From the NCBI GenBank assembly GCA_042571705.1, contig JBHPFV010000003.1, forward strand, positions 28,298-92,297: a stretch of 64,000 nucleotides of DNA. Direction: 5' to 3'. Positions within the stretch are counted from its first letter, which is position 1, and each line of letters starts with the position of its first letter. Shown one piece after another: positions 34,494 to 44,238 of this stretch. The stretch is from Candidatus Omnitrophota bacterium. Lineage in GTDB: Bacteria > Omnitrophota > Gorgyraeia > JAFGHF01. Position numbers and translations under genes: made by a program. Below the pieces are notes generated by a model. That model was not told the DNA's origin. It did not search any database and was given only the letters and a program-made list of their open reading frames with translations.

Positions 34494-35283
34494 AGTTTGT
34501 TAATATAATTTTTTCAGACTTTATGATATCCCAGACCGATTGTTCCGTAAGCTCCTTCAATTCAACTTCCCTTTTTAATGCTAACCTTGAACTTTTTTTT
34601 AGTTGATCATCCACATAGCCAGGATGGCAAAAAATTTCATTAACACCATTCTTAAGCTGTTCAAGCCGTTTTTTTAGTTTGATATTCTCAATGTCAAAGA
34701 TATAATCAGGTGAATGCTGTTTAGTATATGTAGCCCTATTCCCAAATAGGTAAGTCATCAGCTTTTTAACAAAATTTTGCCTATCGGAAAAGTAGCATTT
34801 GCCGGATCGATAAAATCGCAGCTTGGAAATGTTGTATTTATCCATTAGGCCTGAGATGATATAGTGAATTTTCGGAAACAGAACAATGTGGTGATGTGTG
34901 TCGATATGCGTCAGCTTCAGGCCGAAATCCAAAAATTTTCTAATTTGGGCATCAAGCTCAACTCTAATTTGTTCTGAATTAGCTCCCTTAAAGTAGAATT
35001 TCAAAAAGATTCTCTTTTTGTTTTTCACAAAATTTCCCTCAGAATCTACTAGCCGATAAACTTGTTTGATCGGAGAAACCGGCTTACCCCAGGTTAGGTT
35101 AAGGTGGATTCCTGTTCCTAACCGGGGGTTTTTCTTGGCCCGAAAAACCGCATCTTCAAATGCCGGCGTATTTGTGATTAGGGTAGCGCTGGTAAGTATG
35201 CCGTTTTGAAAGGCCTCGATAACTCCCTGATTGGTCCCCACCGACAATCCGAAATCATCACCATTAACAATGAGCTTTTTCAT
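34480..35283 (-). CDS. YdjC/ChbG/HpnK-family carbohydrate deacetylase
   Basis: MKKLIVNGDDFGLSVGTNQGVIEAFQNGILTSATL is the family's N-terminal signature, and HIDTHHH occurs later. Confidence 0.88.
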   Translation of the reverse strand: MKKLIVNGDDFGLSVGTNQGVIEAFQNGILTSATLITNTPAFEDAVFRAKKNPRLGTGIHLNLTWGKPVSPIKQVYRLVDSEGNFVKNKKRIFLKFYFKGANSEQIRVELDAQIRKFLDFGLKLTHIDTHHHIVLFPKIHYIISGLMDKYNISKLRFYRSGKCYFSDRQNFVKKLMTYLFGNRATYTKQHSPDYIFDIENIKLKKRLEQLKNGVNEIFCHPGYVDDQLKKSSRLALKREVELKELTEQSVWDIIKSEKIILTNYEIF

Positions 35284-36953
35284 CTCCCCTCTTTAAGTTT
35301 ATATATCAAGAAACCATCATATTCTTCTACAAATTTATAATCTTTAGCAACATAATCCTTTAGAACCAATACTTCAGTGACTGACGGGATTCCCTTCCAC
35401 CTACCGCCACCCCACAAAAAGGGGCCGTATGTGTCTTTCGGTTCTTTATTTTTTTGCGATGGGTCAATAATAAGTTTTGGTTTTTTTTCATTGAATCTTT
35501 TCTCAAACATTTCCCAAATAATCTTTGTAGGCTCATAAAACCTAACAGGGACATCAATGATTAGACCGAACCACTCTGCATTAAAAACGAAAGGAGATGC
35601 CGGAATTCTGTCTGATAAAACATACACAGGATAAAGAGCTCCCCACAAGAAAATTCTATCGTCTTTTTCAGTGTTCTTTCTGATATACTCCAAAATTGGA
35701 TATTTTGAAAATCCATAAGCTTTCTTAACCAGAGGAAAACCTCTGATATGAGTAGAGTAAATCGGCACCAAAATTCCTAGGATAAGGAACGAATATAGAA
35801 AAATTTTACTTGCCCAAAAGAGTTTGTTGTTATCCCGTGCTAATACTTGCGTTTTTAAAACATATAACCCATAAGCAGCGATAATCATCACAACAGGAAA
35901 ACAAAGTGTCCAGTATTGACGGAACATTCGAGCTCCATGCAAGAAAAGAGTAAGCAATGAAAATATTAACCATAGCGAAAAAAACAAATTACTGTAGGCA
36001 AAATCGCATTCACGATTTTGTGCAGAGATATCCCTTTTCTTGCAATATTTCAAAAAAGATAAAAGGCTATAAATGCTCGAAAAAAAGGCAAGAAACCATA
36101 ATAAGAAGTTATGTTTAACCATCATTTCGCTGAATAAAATAAAGAATCTTTTAAATGCCTGTGGCGTTAAATATTGAGCCCCGCCAACATAAACTTGCAG
36201 TTGATGGCTATAGTGTTTCGTTATAGCAGGCCAACTCCCGATCATTGAGAAATATAAAAGCCCAACCCCTACCCCCAAAATCACGCCCAAAGTGATAAAA
36301 AGGGTAAACTTGAAAGGTTTGGCAAAGATCGGCCGGGATTTTTCCTTAACTGCTGAGATTAGGACTAAATATATTGGCAGAAATAAAAGATAAAGTAGTA
36401 CTTTAAAGTGAAGCATTGCAGAAATTCCGCAAAAAAGACCCGTCAAAACGAAGTAAGAACATTTCTTTTCTTTGATTCCTTTCAAAAACATATAAAAACT
36501 AACGCTTAGGGGAAGTAGCAGCATAAATTCTGCATTCAAAGTCATGCAGTTAGGAGAGGAAGGAACGGTGTTTTGTCCATCATAATTAATTGTTGTATGA
36601 AAAATTGCAAAAAAGAACGTAGCCCAATAAGCTACGCTTTTATTAAATGCGTATCTACTCATTTTAAATACAGTTATGGCAATGAACACTGCCCATACTA
36701 AAGCGGCGATATGAATAGCAAATAAATTGTTCCTTCCAAAAATTGAGAATATAATATGGTAGGGCAGATATACAAGTGGTGGCCGTTGAGAGAAGGTACC
36801 TTCATACAACTTTGCGCCATCCATCACTGAGCTGGTAACAAAACTGAATAGGGCTTCGAAATGATCTATAATCGGCATAAAAATGTATTGAATTCTACAT
36901 AGGACAATTGCGGTTATGATTGCTATCCAAAAGAATAAATCTTTTTTATTCAT
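35280..36953 (-). CDS. GT-C fold membrane glycosyltransferase (ArnT/PMT-like)
   Basis: 557 aa with at least 10 predicted TM helices, an acidic first-loop motif (IIDHFE), and a soluble C-terminal domain. Overlaps the neighbouring genes by 4 and 8 bp. Confidence 0.62.
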   Translation of the reverse strand: MNKKDLFFWIAIITAIVLCRIQYIFMPIIDHFEALFSFVTSSVMDGAKLYEGTFSQRPPLVYLPYHIIFSIFGRNNLFAIHIAALVWAVFIAITVFKMSRYAFNKSVAYWATFFFAIFHTTINYDGQNTVPSSPNCMTLNAEFMLLLPLSVSFYMFLKGIKEKKCSYFVLTGLFCGISAMLHFKVLLYLLFLPIYLVLISAVKEKSRPIFAKPFKFTLFITLGVILGVGVGLLYFSMIGSWPAITKHYSHQLQVYVGGAQYLTPQAFKRFFILFSEMMVKHNFLLWFLAFFSSIYSLLSFLKYCKKRDISAQNRECDFAYSNLFFSLWLIFSLLTLFLHGARMFRQYWTLCFPVVMIIAAYGLYVLKTQVLARDNNKLFWASKIFLYSFLILGILVPIYSTHIRGFPLVKKAYGFSKYPILEYIRKNTEKDDRIFLWGALYPVYVLSDRIPASPFVFNAEWFGLIIDVPVRFYEPTKIIWEMFEKRFNEKKPKLIIDPSQKNKEPKDTYGPFLWGGGRWKGIPSVTEVLVLKDYVAKDYKFVEEYDGFLIYKLKEGR

Positions 36954-38904
36954 ATCGTAAAGCCTCCACTGGTTTAAGGTTTGCTGCCTTGTAGGCCGGA
37001 TATAGCCCAGAGAGAATACCGATTACAAAAGCGAAAGAAATAGCCAGAATAAGGGAATCCAGGGTCACCAACGTTATCCAATCCGTCTTTAATCCAATAA
37101 AATGTGAGGCTACTATTCCTACGGCAATTCCAACCATTCCTCCAGCTATGCTCAGCACAACCGTTTCAGTTATAAACTGGGTTATAATATCTCGATTCAT
37201 AGCGCCTATTGCCTTACGCAGGCCTATTTCTCTCGTTCTTTCTGCCACTGATACGAGCATAATGTTCATAATGCCAATGCCGCCAACTAACAGGTTAATA
37301 GCCGCCACTAAAGACAAAAGTAAAGTAAATGTTCCTCCGGCTTGCTTTGCAAAACTAATATACACACTTGAATCAAAGAGACGGAAATCATCCTTTTGCC
37401 CCGGCCTTAAATTGTGTCGTTTACGCAGTACTTCTTTAATTTTCTTTTTTGCTATCGGCACAGCTTTGTCAGTAGCTATTTTGACGGTTATCTTCTTAAT
37501 ATACCTGTCTCCAAAAACGCGCCTTTGCCCGGTAGTCAAAGGAATAAACACGTTTCCGTCTCGTTCCAGAAAATCGTCTGCACCCTTCTCTTCCATGACC
37601 CCAACCACATTGAATTTAATATTCTTAATCTTAATGTCTTTGCCTATCGGATCCTCGTCACCAAATAGTTCTTTGACCACGTTATTTCCCAGTACAGCAA
37701 CTTTTCGACTATACTTAAGATCATCCTCTGTAATGAATCGGCCTCTTGCAGCGAAAAAATTTATAACTTCCTGAGATTCCGGGACAGTTGCATTTATATA
37801 AGCATTACAATGTTTATTACCGTATTTAACATCGATCGAGTTCTCATCGTATTTAGGCGCTATCTTTACTATCTCAGGGATATTTTGTAATAATTCGATA
37901 TCGCTATTTGAAAGTCTATACTTGCTATCCGACTTTAATAGGATCATGCATGCATTTGTTCCTAAGCTTCTAATTCTTCTCAAGAAATTGTGCTTTGCGC
38001 CCTGGCCAATAGCTATAACTGAAATAATTGAGGCCACACCGATAGCAATACCCAGCATAGTTAAACAAGAACGCGCCTTGCCTGCTAAAATACCAATTAT
38101 CCCCATTCCGATATTTTCTCGTACCTTAGCAAGGCTAAATGCTGTGCTTTTGAATCTCGGCTTTGCTAAAAAACCTATGGCACCCTTTTCTTCTTCCGGT
38201 TTCATAACTATTTTGTTTAATACGTCATTAACAATCCGACCGTCCTCTAAATTAATAATTCTTTTTGTATACTTAGCTACATTTGAATCATGGGTTACAA
38301 GTATGATTGTTATCCCTTTTCGATTTAAATTCTCTAAAATTTGCATAATTTCTTTTCCGGTGCTACTGTCCAGATTTCCCGTTGGCTCATCAGCTACAAT
38401 AATGCCTGGATTATTTACCAGAGCCCGGGCTATAGCGACTCGTTGTTGTTGACCTCCTGAGAGCTCGGTCGGTTTGTTACAGAGTCGTTCCTTTAAGCCA
38501 AGAATAGAGAGGGCCTGAGTAGCTCGCTTTGTTCGCTCTTTAATATCTCCATAGATCATTGGCAGCTCAACGTTTTTTAAGGCACTTAGCCGCGGTAACA
38601 GGTTATAATTTTGGAAAACAAAGCCAATTTTCCTATTGCGAATTTGAGATGTTTCTTTGCCCTTTAATGTATTGACCGAGACCCCATCTAACCTATACAC
38701 TCCATCGCTTGGTTTATCAAGGCAGCCGATAATATTTAACAGAGTAGTCTTTCCTGAACCGGAAGGTCCCATGATGGCTACAAATTCTCCCTCTGAAATT
38801 TCCAAAGAAATTCCCTTCAATACGGCTGATTCAATCTTTCCTATTCTATAGGTCTTTTTTAGATCTTTTAGCTCAATAATTTTTCTAATCTTTTGCCCAG
38901 CCAT
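36946..38904 (-). CDS. macB: MacB-type ABC transporter (N-terminal ATPase fused to FtsX permease)
   Basis: GPSGSGKTT, LSGGQQQR and IIVADEPT, then four TM helices with a large periplasmic loop. 652 aa, like MacB. Confidence 0.88.
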   Translation of the reverse strand: MAGQKIRKIIELKDLKKTYRIGKIESAVLKGISLEISEGEFVAIMGPSGSGKTTLLNIIGCLDKPSDGVYRLDGVSVNTLKGKETSQIRNRKIGFVFQNYNLLPRLSALKNVELPMIYGDIKERTKRATQALSILGLKERLCNKPTELSGGQQQRVAIARALVNNPGIIVADEPTGNLDSSTGKEIMQILENLNRKGITIILVTHDSNVAKYTKRIINLEDGRIVNDVLNKIVMKPEEEKGAIGFLAKPRFKSTAFSLAKVRENIGMGIIGILAGKARSCLTMLGIAIGVASIISVIAIGQGAKHNFLRRIRSLGTNACMILLKSDSKYRLSNSDIELLQNIPEIVKIAPKYDENSIDVKYGNKHCNAYINATVPESQEVINFFAARGRFITEDDLKYSRKVAVLGNNVVKELFGDEDPIGKDIKIKNIKFNVVGVMEEKGADDFLERDGNVFIPLTTGQRRVFGDRYIKKITVKIATDKAVPIAKKKIKEVLRKRHNLRPGQKDDFRLFDSSVYISFAKQAGGTFTLLLSLVAAINLLVGGIGIMNIMLVSVAERTREIGLRKAIGAMNRDIITQFITETVVLSIAGGMVGIAVGIVASHFIGLKTDWITLVTLDSLILAISFAFVIGILSGLYPAYKAANLKPVEALRYE

Positions 38905-38914
38905 CTTTTTAGTA

Positions 38915-39991
38915 TTACTTCATTTTTTTTATTTTTTGATCAGATGATTTAAACCAAGAGGGAGCATTTTTCCTGAAATAATCTCTTATATGAGATACAC
39001 CGAACTTATATTGCTTCTCGCTGGCGTCTTCTGTCAACTCATCTTGTTTAATTACAATTTTTTCGCCTGCGCTCAATCCGGAAAGCACCTCAACGTTTTT
39101 TCCGTCTGTAAAACCAATTTTGATGAAACGTTGCTTATAGTCATCCGGGCCTTTCTTAATCCAGACGTAACTTTGGTTCTTCCCCTCTTTGATTAGATAA
39201 GCAGGGATAAGCATTGCTTCCTCTTTTTGAAAAGTAATTATTTCTACATTAGCGCCCATCCCCGACTTTAGTTCTCCGGTAGCAAGTACCAGATCGGTAG
39301 TAATCTCATAATATGTTATATTGTCGACTATTTTTGACTCAAAGGCAATCTTTGTCACTTTACCCTGAAAAGTTTTGTCAGGAAATGCATCAACTATAAC
39401 ATTTACCGGTTGTTCTTTTTTAACTTTTCCAATATCCACTTCATCAACTCGAGCTACCACCACCAGCACATCAGCTAATATAAAAATAGAGTCATCTAAT
39501 GAAACTGTTTGGCCGGGTTCAGCTCCGCGCAGAATAACAATACCATTAATCGGTGCAACAATGGGTATTTGGGCATAAGTATTTTGTGCTATTTCCAATT
39601 CCCGCTCTGCTTGTTTTATTCTTTTTTCATCTTGACTTTTTTTGGTTTCTTCCAACCCCGCTAAGGCGGTATCAACTAAAGCGATGCGTTCTTCGCTACT
39701 CATCCAGGCTAAAATCTGACCTTTTTTGACCCGGTCTCCTTCTTCAGTTAAAATTTCGTTAATCCTGCCTCGCTTAAGCGGAATTATATTAACCTTGGTT
39801 TTGGGTCGCACCAGACCCGTAGCAGAAATTTTAGTGGTTAAATCCCCTTTTTCTACTGAGACAAGTTCCTCTTTATTTCTTTCTATATTTTTAGGGGAGG
39901 ACTTAACAAACCCAGAAAGCTTACCTATGACAAAAAATAATACGACAGCTGAAATAAAAAATTTTATTAAAAAGGTGATCACCTTTTTCAT
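38915..39991 (-). CDS. macA: periplasmic adaptor (membrane fusion protein, MacA/HlyD family)
   Basis: N-terminal anchor, a coiled-coil hairpin region flanked by lipoyl and beta-barrel-like segments, and its position next to macB and an OMF gene. Confidence 0.82.
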   Translation of the reverse strand: MKKVITFLIKFFISAVVLFFVIGKLSGFVKSSPKNIERNKEELVSVEKGDLTTKISATGLVRPKTKVNIIPLKRGRINEILTEEGDRVKKGQILAWMSSEERIALVDTALAGLEETKKSQDEKRIKQAERELEIAQNTYAQIPIVAPINGIVILRGAEPGQTVSLDDSIFILADVLVVVARVDEVDIGKVKKEQPVNVIVDAFPDKTFQGKVTKIAFESKIVDNITYYEITTDLVLATGELKSGMGANVEIITFQKEEAMLIPAYLIKEGKNQSYVWIKKGPDDYKQRFIKIGFTDGKNVEVLSGLSAGEKIVIKQDELTEDASEKQYKFGVSHIRDYFRKNAPSWFKSSDQKIKKMK

Positions 39992-40009
39992 AATTATTGC
40001 CTCCCCATC

Positions 40010-41305
40010 TTATCGTCCTATTGTATTATCCAACTCCGCTTTTTTTAAATTCAATTCATAAAGAGCGTCAACAACGTCCAATTCCGCATCAGCTAAATCC
40101 AGCTCATCGTCTTCTAGTATAGAATAAGATAAAGTCCCCTGTTTATATTCAAGCCGCGTTAAATCCGCTCTCACTTGCGTTGCTCTTAAGGCCTGCTCGG
40201 ATACGCTCAATTGCTTTTGGGCATTCGATATATTTACGTATGCTTCGTTTACTTCTACAATTATTTCGTTTTCTAAATCGCCAAATTCTATTTGCAAATT
40301 GTTGACTTCAATTTCCGCCTCTTTTACTTCAGACCTGGCCAGAAAACCGTCAAAAATAGGCATGGTCAATTTTAGTTGCGTATCCCAGTAATCTTCATAG
40401 GCAGCGAAACGCGCATCCTTGATGCCTAAATTCGTCTCCAGGCCCAATGTTGGCAATAATCCACTGCGGGCCTCCTTCAACTCAGCGCGGGCCGCCATTA
40501 TTTTTGCAAGTTGTTGTTTTAGCTCCGGCCGCTTCTCATTGGTCTCATCTATAAGCTCGGCAAGCGAGCTTTGAAATTCAATACTTTGCAATCTGCCTTC
40601 AGTTGTTAAAGCATCGGAAATCTGCCGGCCCATGGCTCTGTTTAATTTTAATTTATAAATCAGCAGGCTGTTTTCCTCCTTAGAGAGATCAAATTCAGCT
40701 TTAGCTATTTCCGATTCGGCGCGCAGTAAATTTGCCTTCTTTTCTCTCCCCGCGTTATAAAGCAGCTGAATTAAATCGGCGTTACTCTTTCTGCGTTCGA
40801 CAATTTCCTTCCGGACTTCAATCAGGCGCTTTTCTTTTTGGATTTGATAATAAGCATCCTTAACGTCTAAAATTTCGTCCGACTCAATTTCTTTGTATGC
40901 GTACTCTTTCTCAGCTAAGTCTGCTTTTGCTTGCTCAACCAAAGATGAGTTTTCGCCTCCTGTAAATATATCCTGCTCTATTTTGACGTTGTGTGCGTAA
41001 CTGTCGATGTATAGCTCATGAGCTTCTTTGGTTTCTTTAATATAGCTAGAAAGATTGACTTGGGGGAAATAGTTTGCGTATTGTTGTCTTACTTTTAATT
41101 CGTGTTGTTTAAGCACGTTTTTGGCCTGAATTATGGAGGCATTATTCATTTTAGCTATTTCAATACACTCCTCAAGAGAAAGAACTTCTTTTTTTATAGG
41201 GGGTTCCTGCTCTTGCGCTACAGCAGAGGCTAATAGGCCTAAGCAAAAATAAATAGCCACTACATTTAAAAACATATAAAGATTATGTTTTACGTTATTG
41301 CTCAT
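40010..41305 (-). CDS. TolC-family outer membrane efflux protein
   Basis: Signal peptide, two long repeated coiled-coil/beta halves, 431 aa. Adjacent to macA. Confidence 0.85.
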   Translation of the reverse strand: MSNNVKHNLYMFLNVVAIYFCLGLLASAVAQEQEPPIKKEVLSLEECIEIAKMNNASIIQAKNVLKQHELKVRQQYANYFPQVNLSSYIKETKEAHELYIDSYAHNVKIEQDIFTGGENSSLVEQAKADLAEKEYAYKEIESDEILDVKDAYYQIQKEKRLIEVRKEIVERRKSNADLIQLLYNAGREKKANLLRAESEIAKAEFDLSKEENSLLIYKLKLNRAMGRQISDALTTEGRLQSIEFQSSLAELIDETNEKRPELKQQLAKIMAARAELKEARSGLLPTLGLETNLGIKDARFAAYEDYWDTQLKLTMPIFDGFLARSEVKEAEIEVNNLQIEFGDLENEIIVEVNEAYVNISNAQKQLSVSEQALRATQVRADLTRLEYKQGTLSYSILEDDELDLADAELDVVDALYELNLKKAELDNTIGR

Positions 41306-42431
41306 AAATCCTGCCTCTCCATGAGAGACCTTTTCTTGCGGTTACTGCAAATAGCGCTTTTAAAGTGATAAAAGAGGTTATCAATACCCCCAAGGGGAGT
41401 CCTAATACATAATGAGGGCGGAAATTATCCCGCTTATAAAAAATCATGGCGGCGAATAGCAAAATCAAGACTTCCACAACTGAGCTTGTGGTTAGTATCG
41501 CATTTCTATACAGTGATTCGGCAAACAGCAGCCAAATTAGCACGGCCATGGGAATAAGAGAAGAAATCAGAATAAATGCATTTACTAATCCGCGCAGCCG
41601 GTTTTCTACAGGCGTAAAAGCGCGATAGAGCAATTTAAAATAGCTGTTTATTATTTCCCTTAAATTATGAAATTTTCTTACCCTGATTAAATCGGCCCCG
41701 TTGACCAGCCTGACCTTATGCCCTGTCCTTTTGAACAGGCTCATCAGCGCAGCTGATTCAATGATCTCGCTCTTAATTGCCTGATGTCCGCCTAGCTCTG
41801 TGTATACCTTCCTTTTGACAAAGATAAAATCACCCTTGGCCATTACAGCTTCAGGCCGTTTCATATTGTTGACTTGTTTGGGAGAGACAACAAACCAGTT
41901 TTCTAAAAAAAGTAAACATGGCAGAACCACTTTCTCCCAGAAAGTTTCTACTAAAAGTGTGTACTTTAAGGTCAAGAAGTCGACATTTTCTTTGATGGCG
42001 TAGCGATAGGCCGAGGTTAATGTCTGAGGTAGATGAATAACATCGGCATCGCTAAATAAGAGCCATTCTCCTTGGGCGATTTGAGTTGCCTGTTGAATTG
42101 CCCAGCATTTGCCGAGCCATCCTTGAGGTAGAGGTTGACCCGGGATTAATCTAACCTTGGTGTTGGCGTCTTGTTTAATAAATTTCCTGGCAATTTCAGC
42201 CGTATGATCACTAGATTGGTCATCAACAACAATAATTTCAAAGTTTGGATAGGTCTGCTCAAGCAGCGAGCCCAAGCACTTCTCGATCGACCTCTCTTCA
42301 TTCCTGGCGGGTATTATTACAGAGATAAATGGGCCGTTTTGATGAATTTCTTGAATTGCGGGCAAACGTTCCCATGAATTTATTAGATGTAACGCCTTGA
42401 GACAGCGCGCACTTATCACCAAAGTTATCAA
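41295..42431 (-). CDS. membrane-bound family 2 glycosyltransferase (ceramide-glucosyltransferase/HpnI-like layout)
   Basis: SVIIPARNEE..IIVVDDQSSD, FSDADV, and C-terminal TM helices. Paralogue of 49892-51052. The start (TTG in the track) is uncertain. Confidence 0.75.
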   Translation of the reverse strand: MITLVISARCLKALHLINSWERLPAIQEIHQNGPFISVIIPARNEERSIEKCLGSLLEQTYPNFEIIVVDDQSSDHTAEIARKFIKQDANTKVRLIPGQPLPQGWLGKCWAIQQATQIAQGEWLLFSDADVIHLPQTLTSAYRYAIKENVDFLTLKYTLLVETFWEKVVLPCLLFLENWFVVSPKQVNNMKRPEAVMAKGDFIFVKRKVYTELGGHQAIKSEIIESAALMSLFKRTGHKVRLVNGADLIRVRKFHNLREIINSYFKLLYRAFTPVENRLRGLVNAFILISSLIPMAVLIWLLFAESLYRNAILTTSSVVEVLILLFAAMIFYKRDNFRPHYVLGLPLGVLITSFITLKALFAVTARKGLSWRGRIYEQ

Positions 42432-42451
42432 AATTATAATAAATTCAGATA

Positions 42452-44221
42452 TCAGAACTCACCTCTACTTTTACCTTGACTATTTGCCGGCAAGATTGAA
42501 TATTTAATTCCCAAAGGAGTGTCGCCGTCTTCTTCAGATACGTACATACTGAAACCATATCCTGTATCAAGTCCCCGGTCAGCTGTGGTGTTTTTTATCT
42601 TCACCAATAGCCTGTTTTCGCCTTTAACTAGATTAATCGGGATGTCTTCTTCTTGCCAGGCAAAATCTCCGGTGTCATCATTGGTATAAATATTTTTTCC
42701 GTTGAGCCATATTTTAATCCCATCAACACTGCCAAAGCGCAGATGTGTATTTTTTATGGGGCGCTGGGCGACTATCCGGGTAAATGCATAGGTAAAGCAA
42801 AATGCCGGGTCTTTATAATATTGCAGCAGATCCATGTAATCCGTGTAATCTTGAAATATAGTCCAGGTTTTACCTGCTGTAATAGCGCCGGCTACCGGTG
42901 AGATATCCGGTTCTGCTTCCAGATAGTCATGTTTAATATCATCACCGTAATGCGGTCCGTTAAGTAGCCATGTTCTGTTTCCCCGCCCAGGGATCCGATA
43001 CCTTTTGTTGCTAAATGGTTTAACAAACTCATGCCTGATTTCATCGACTCCGGGTCCATTTATGGCAATCTGCTTTACATCCAAGGTTTTTCCGAAACCC
43101 TTATTTCGGCTTAAATGGAGGTATTCGATATCCCAGGGATTGAATCCCATTGCATAAGCACCTACCGCATCTACAGCTACCGGGTCCTTTCCGGCTATGA
43201 TTAGATTTTTTTTGATGGATGGCCCCCAAATTGGCCCGGCACCTTCCATTCCCCAGATGCATTCAATAATCCCAAAATCAAAAGGATGGTAGGAAGCCAA
43301 ATCAATTAGCGAGCGGTCAACGGTGTGGTCCCATCTAAACTTGTGTGGCTTATATTCTCCATGAGGAATTAAAAAGTGATCAAAATCGTATTTTTTGTAT
43401 ACTTCAGCAGGTGAGATTCCCATATATAATTTGTGTAGCAAGGTGACTTTGGTCAGGATATGTGTCTTCATCACCGCTACTCCGATCAGACGGTCGCAGT
43501 CTAAAATAGCATTAGGGATGGTGTAGGAATCCTGAGAAAGGCCGCCGCCGGGCACCGGCAGGTCCTTTGTGTAGGGTGAGGTAGCGTAATAGTCGAGATC
43601 AATGTAGTCAATTTTTATAGCAGTCGAGGCATTGAGGTCTTTAATCATTTGGTCATAAGATAGCCCGCCATAGTAGCTCCAGCTGCTGTTCCAGCCATCT
43701 GGTTCTCCTTTTCCCATTTGACTGGTATTCGGCCAGCATTTTCCCTCAGCTACAGTTATTCGGCTGGCATCGCCCTCTTCGATCAATTGCTCGATTAGGC
43801 TTTTGATTACTCTCAAATCGGTGGCTGTCCCTTTCTTGAATTCATCAGAGCCAAAAAATTGATTCGCAATCTCTGCCGCTACTACTATATTTGGTTTGAT
43901 CACCACCCAATCGCCCGGTTGGATTACCTCGGCCAGTCCCTTGGCACGCTGAACAGCTAAACGGGTCAAATCATCAACCTGTTCGGTAGTCAGCTCAGCA
44001 TTTAACTTTGCTGGAGCTGGTAGGCCAGGATCACTGGACTGAGAGATTCCGACTACGGGTTTTTCTTGAAGAGGCCCCGACGATAACGGATCAAAACATA
44101 TTGCATATTTATTTTTGCCTATATCTTGAGATTGAGCGCTAGAGCTATTTAATAAGGGCAAAACCATAATTGCCATCAGGCCAACAACCGCTATTACCGT
44201 TTTCCTTTTCCCAGTGTTCAT
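42452..44221 (-). CDS. secreted DUF362-domain protein with a C-terminal beta-sandwich-like domain
   Basis: Signal peptide. WVVIKPNIV and later segments look like DUF362. The C-terminal ~150 aa (IKIWLNGKNIY..LLVKIKN) look lectin/LamG-like. Confidence 0.55.
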   Translation of the reverse strand: MNTGKRKTVIAVVGLMAIMVLPLLNSSSAQSQDIGKNKYAICFDPLSSGPLQEKPVVGISQSSDPGLPAPAKLNAELTTEQVDDLTRLAVQRAKGLAEVIQPGDWVVIKPNIVVAAEIANQFFGSDEFKKGTATDLRVIKSLIEQLIEEGDASRITVAEGKCWPNTSQMGKGEPDGWNSSWSYYGGLSYDQMIKDLNASTAIKIDYIDLDYYATSPYTKDLPVPGGGLSQDSYTIPNAILDCDRLIGVAVMKTHILTKVTLLHKLYMGISPAEVYKKYDFDHFLIPHGEYKPHKFRWDHTVDRSLIDLASYHPFDFGIIECIWGMEGAGPIWGPSIKKNLIIAGKDPVAVDAVGAYAMGFNPWDIEYLHLSRNKGFGKTLDVKQIAINGPGVDEIRHEFVKPFSNKRYRIPGRGNRTWLLNGPHYGDDIKHDYLEAEPDISPVAGAITAGKTWTIFQDYTDYMDLLQYYKDPAFCFTYAFTRIVAQRPIKNTHLRFGSVDGIKIWLNGKNIYTNDDTGDFAWQEEDIPINLVKGENRLLVKIKNTTADRGLDTGYGFSMYVSEEDGDTPLGIKYSILPANSQGKSRGEF

Positions 44222-44222
44222 T

Positions 44223-44238
44223 CCCCCCCCTTTTTTTT
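44223..44238 (-). repeat. A8-G8 double homopolymer forming the RBS region of the DUF362 gene
   Basis: The + strand reads C8 (44223-44230) then T8 (44231-44238). On the - strand: TAAAAAAAAGGGGGGGGAATG, linking the permease stop to the DUF362 ATG. Confidence 0.9.

Noticed and set aside
37148-37774. Long antisense ORFs inside real genes (e.g. 37148-37774, 208 aa; 37922-38452; 19695-20090; 13020-13319; 1494-1811; 55512-55871)
   Set aside because: Each lies entirely within a well-supported gene on the opposite strand, has low-complexity or odd composition and no RBS. These are typical shadow ORFs.
42452-44221. The DUF362 protein as the missing NPN-dependent (LarA-like) enzyme
   Set aside because: I considered this because no larA is present. 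However, this protein has a signal peptide, lies 20 kb from larBCE, and I cannot point to LarA motifs. It remains pure speculation, so it is not claimed.
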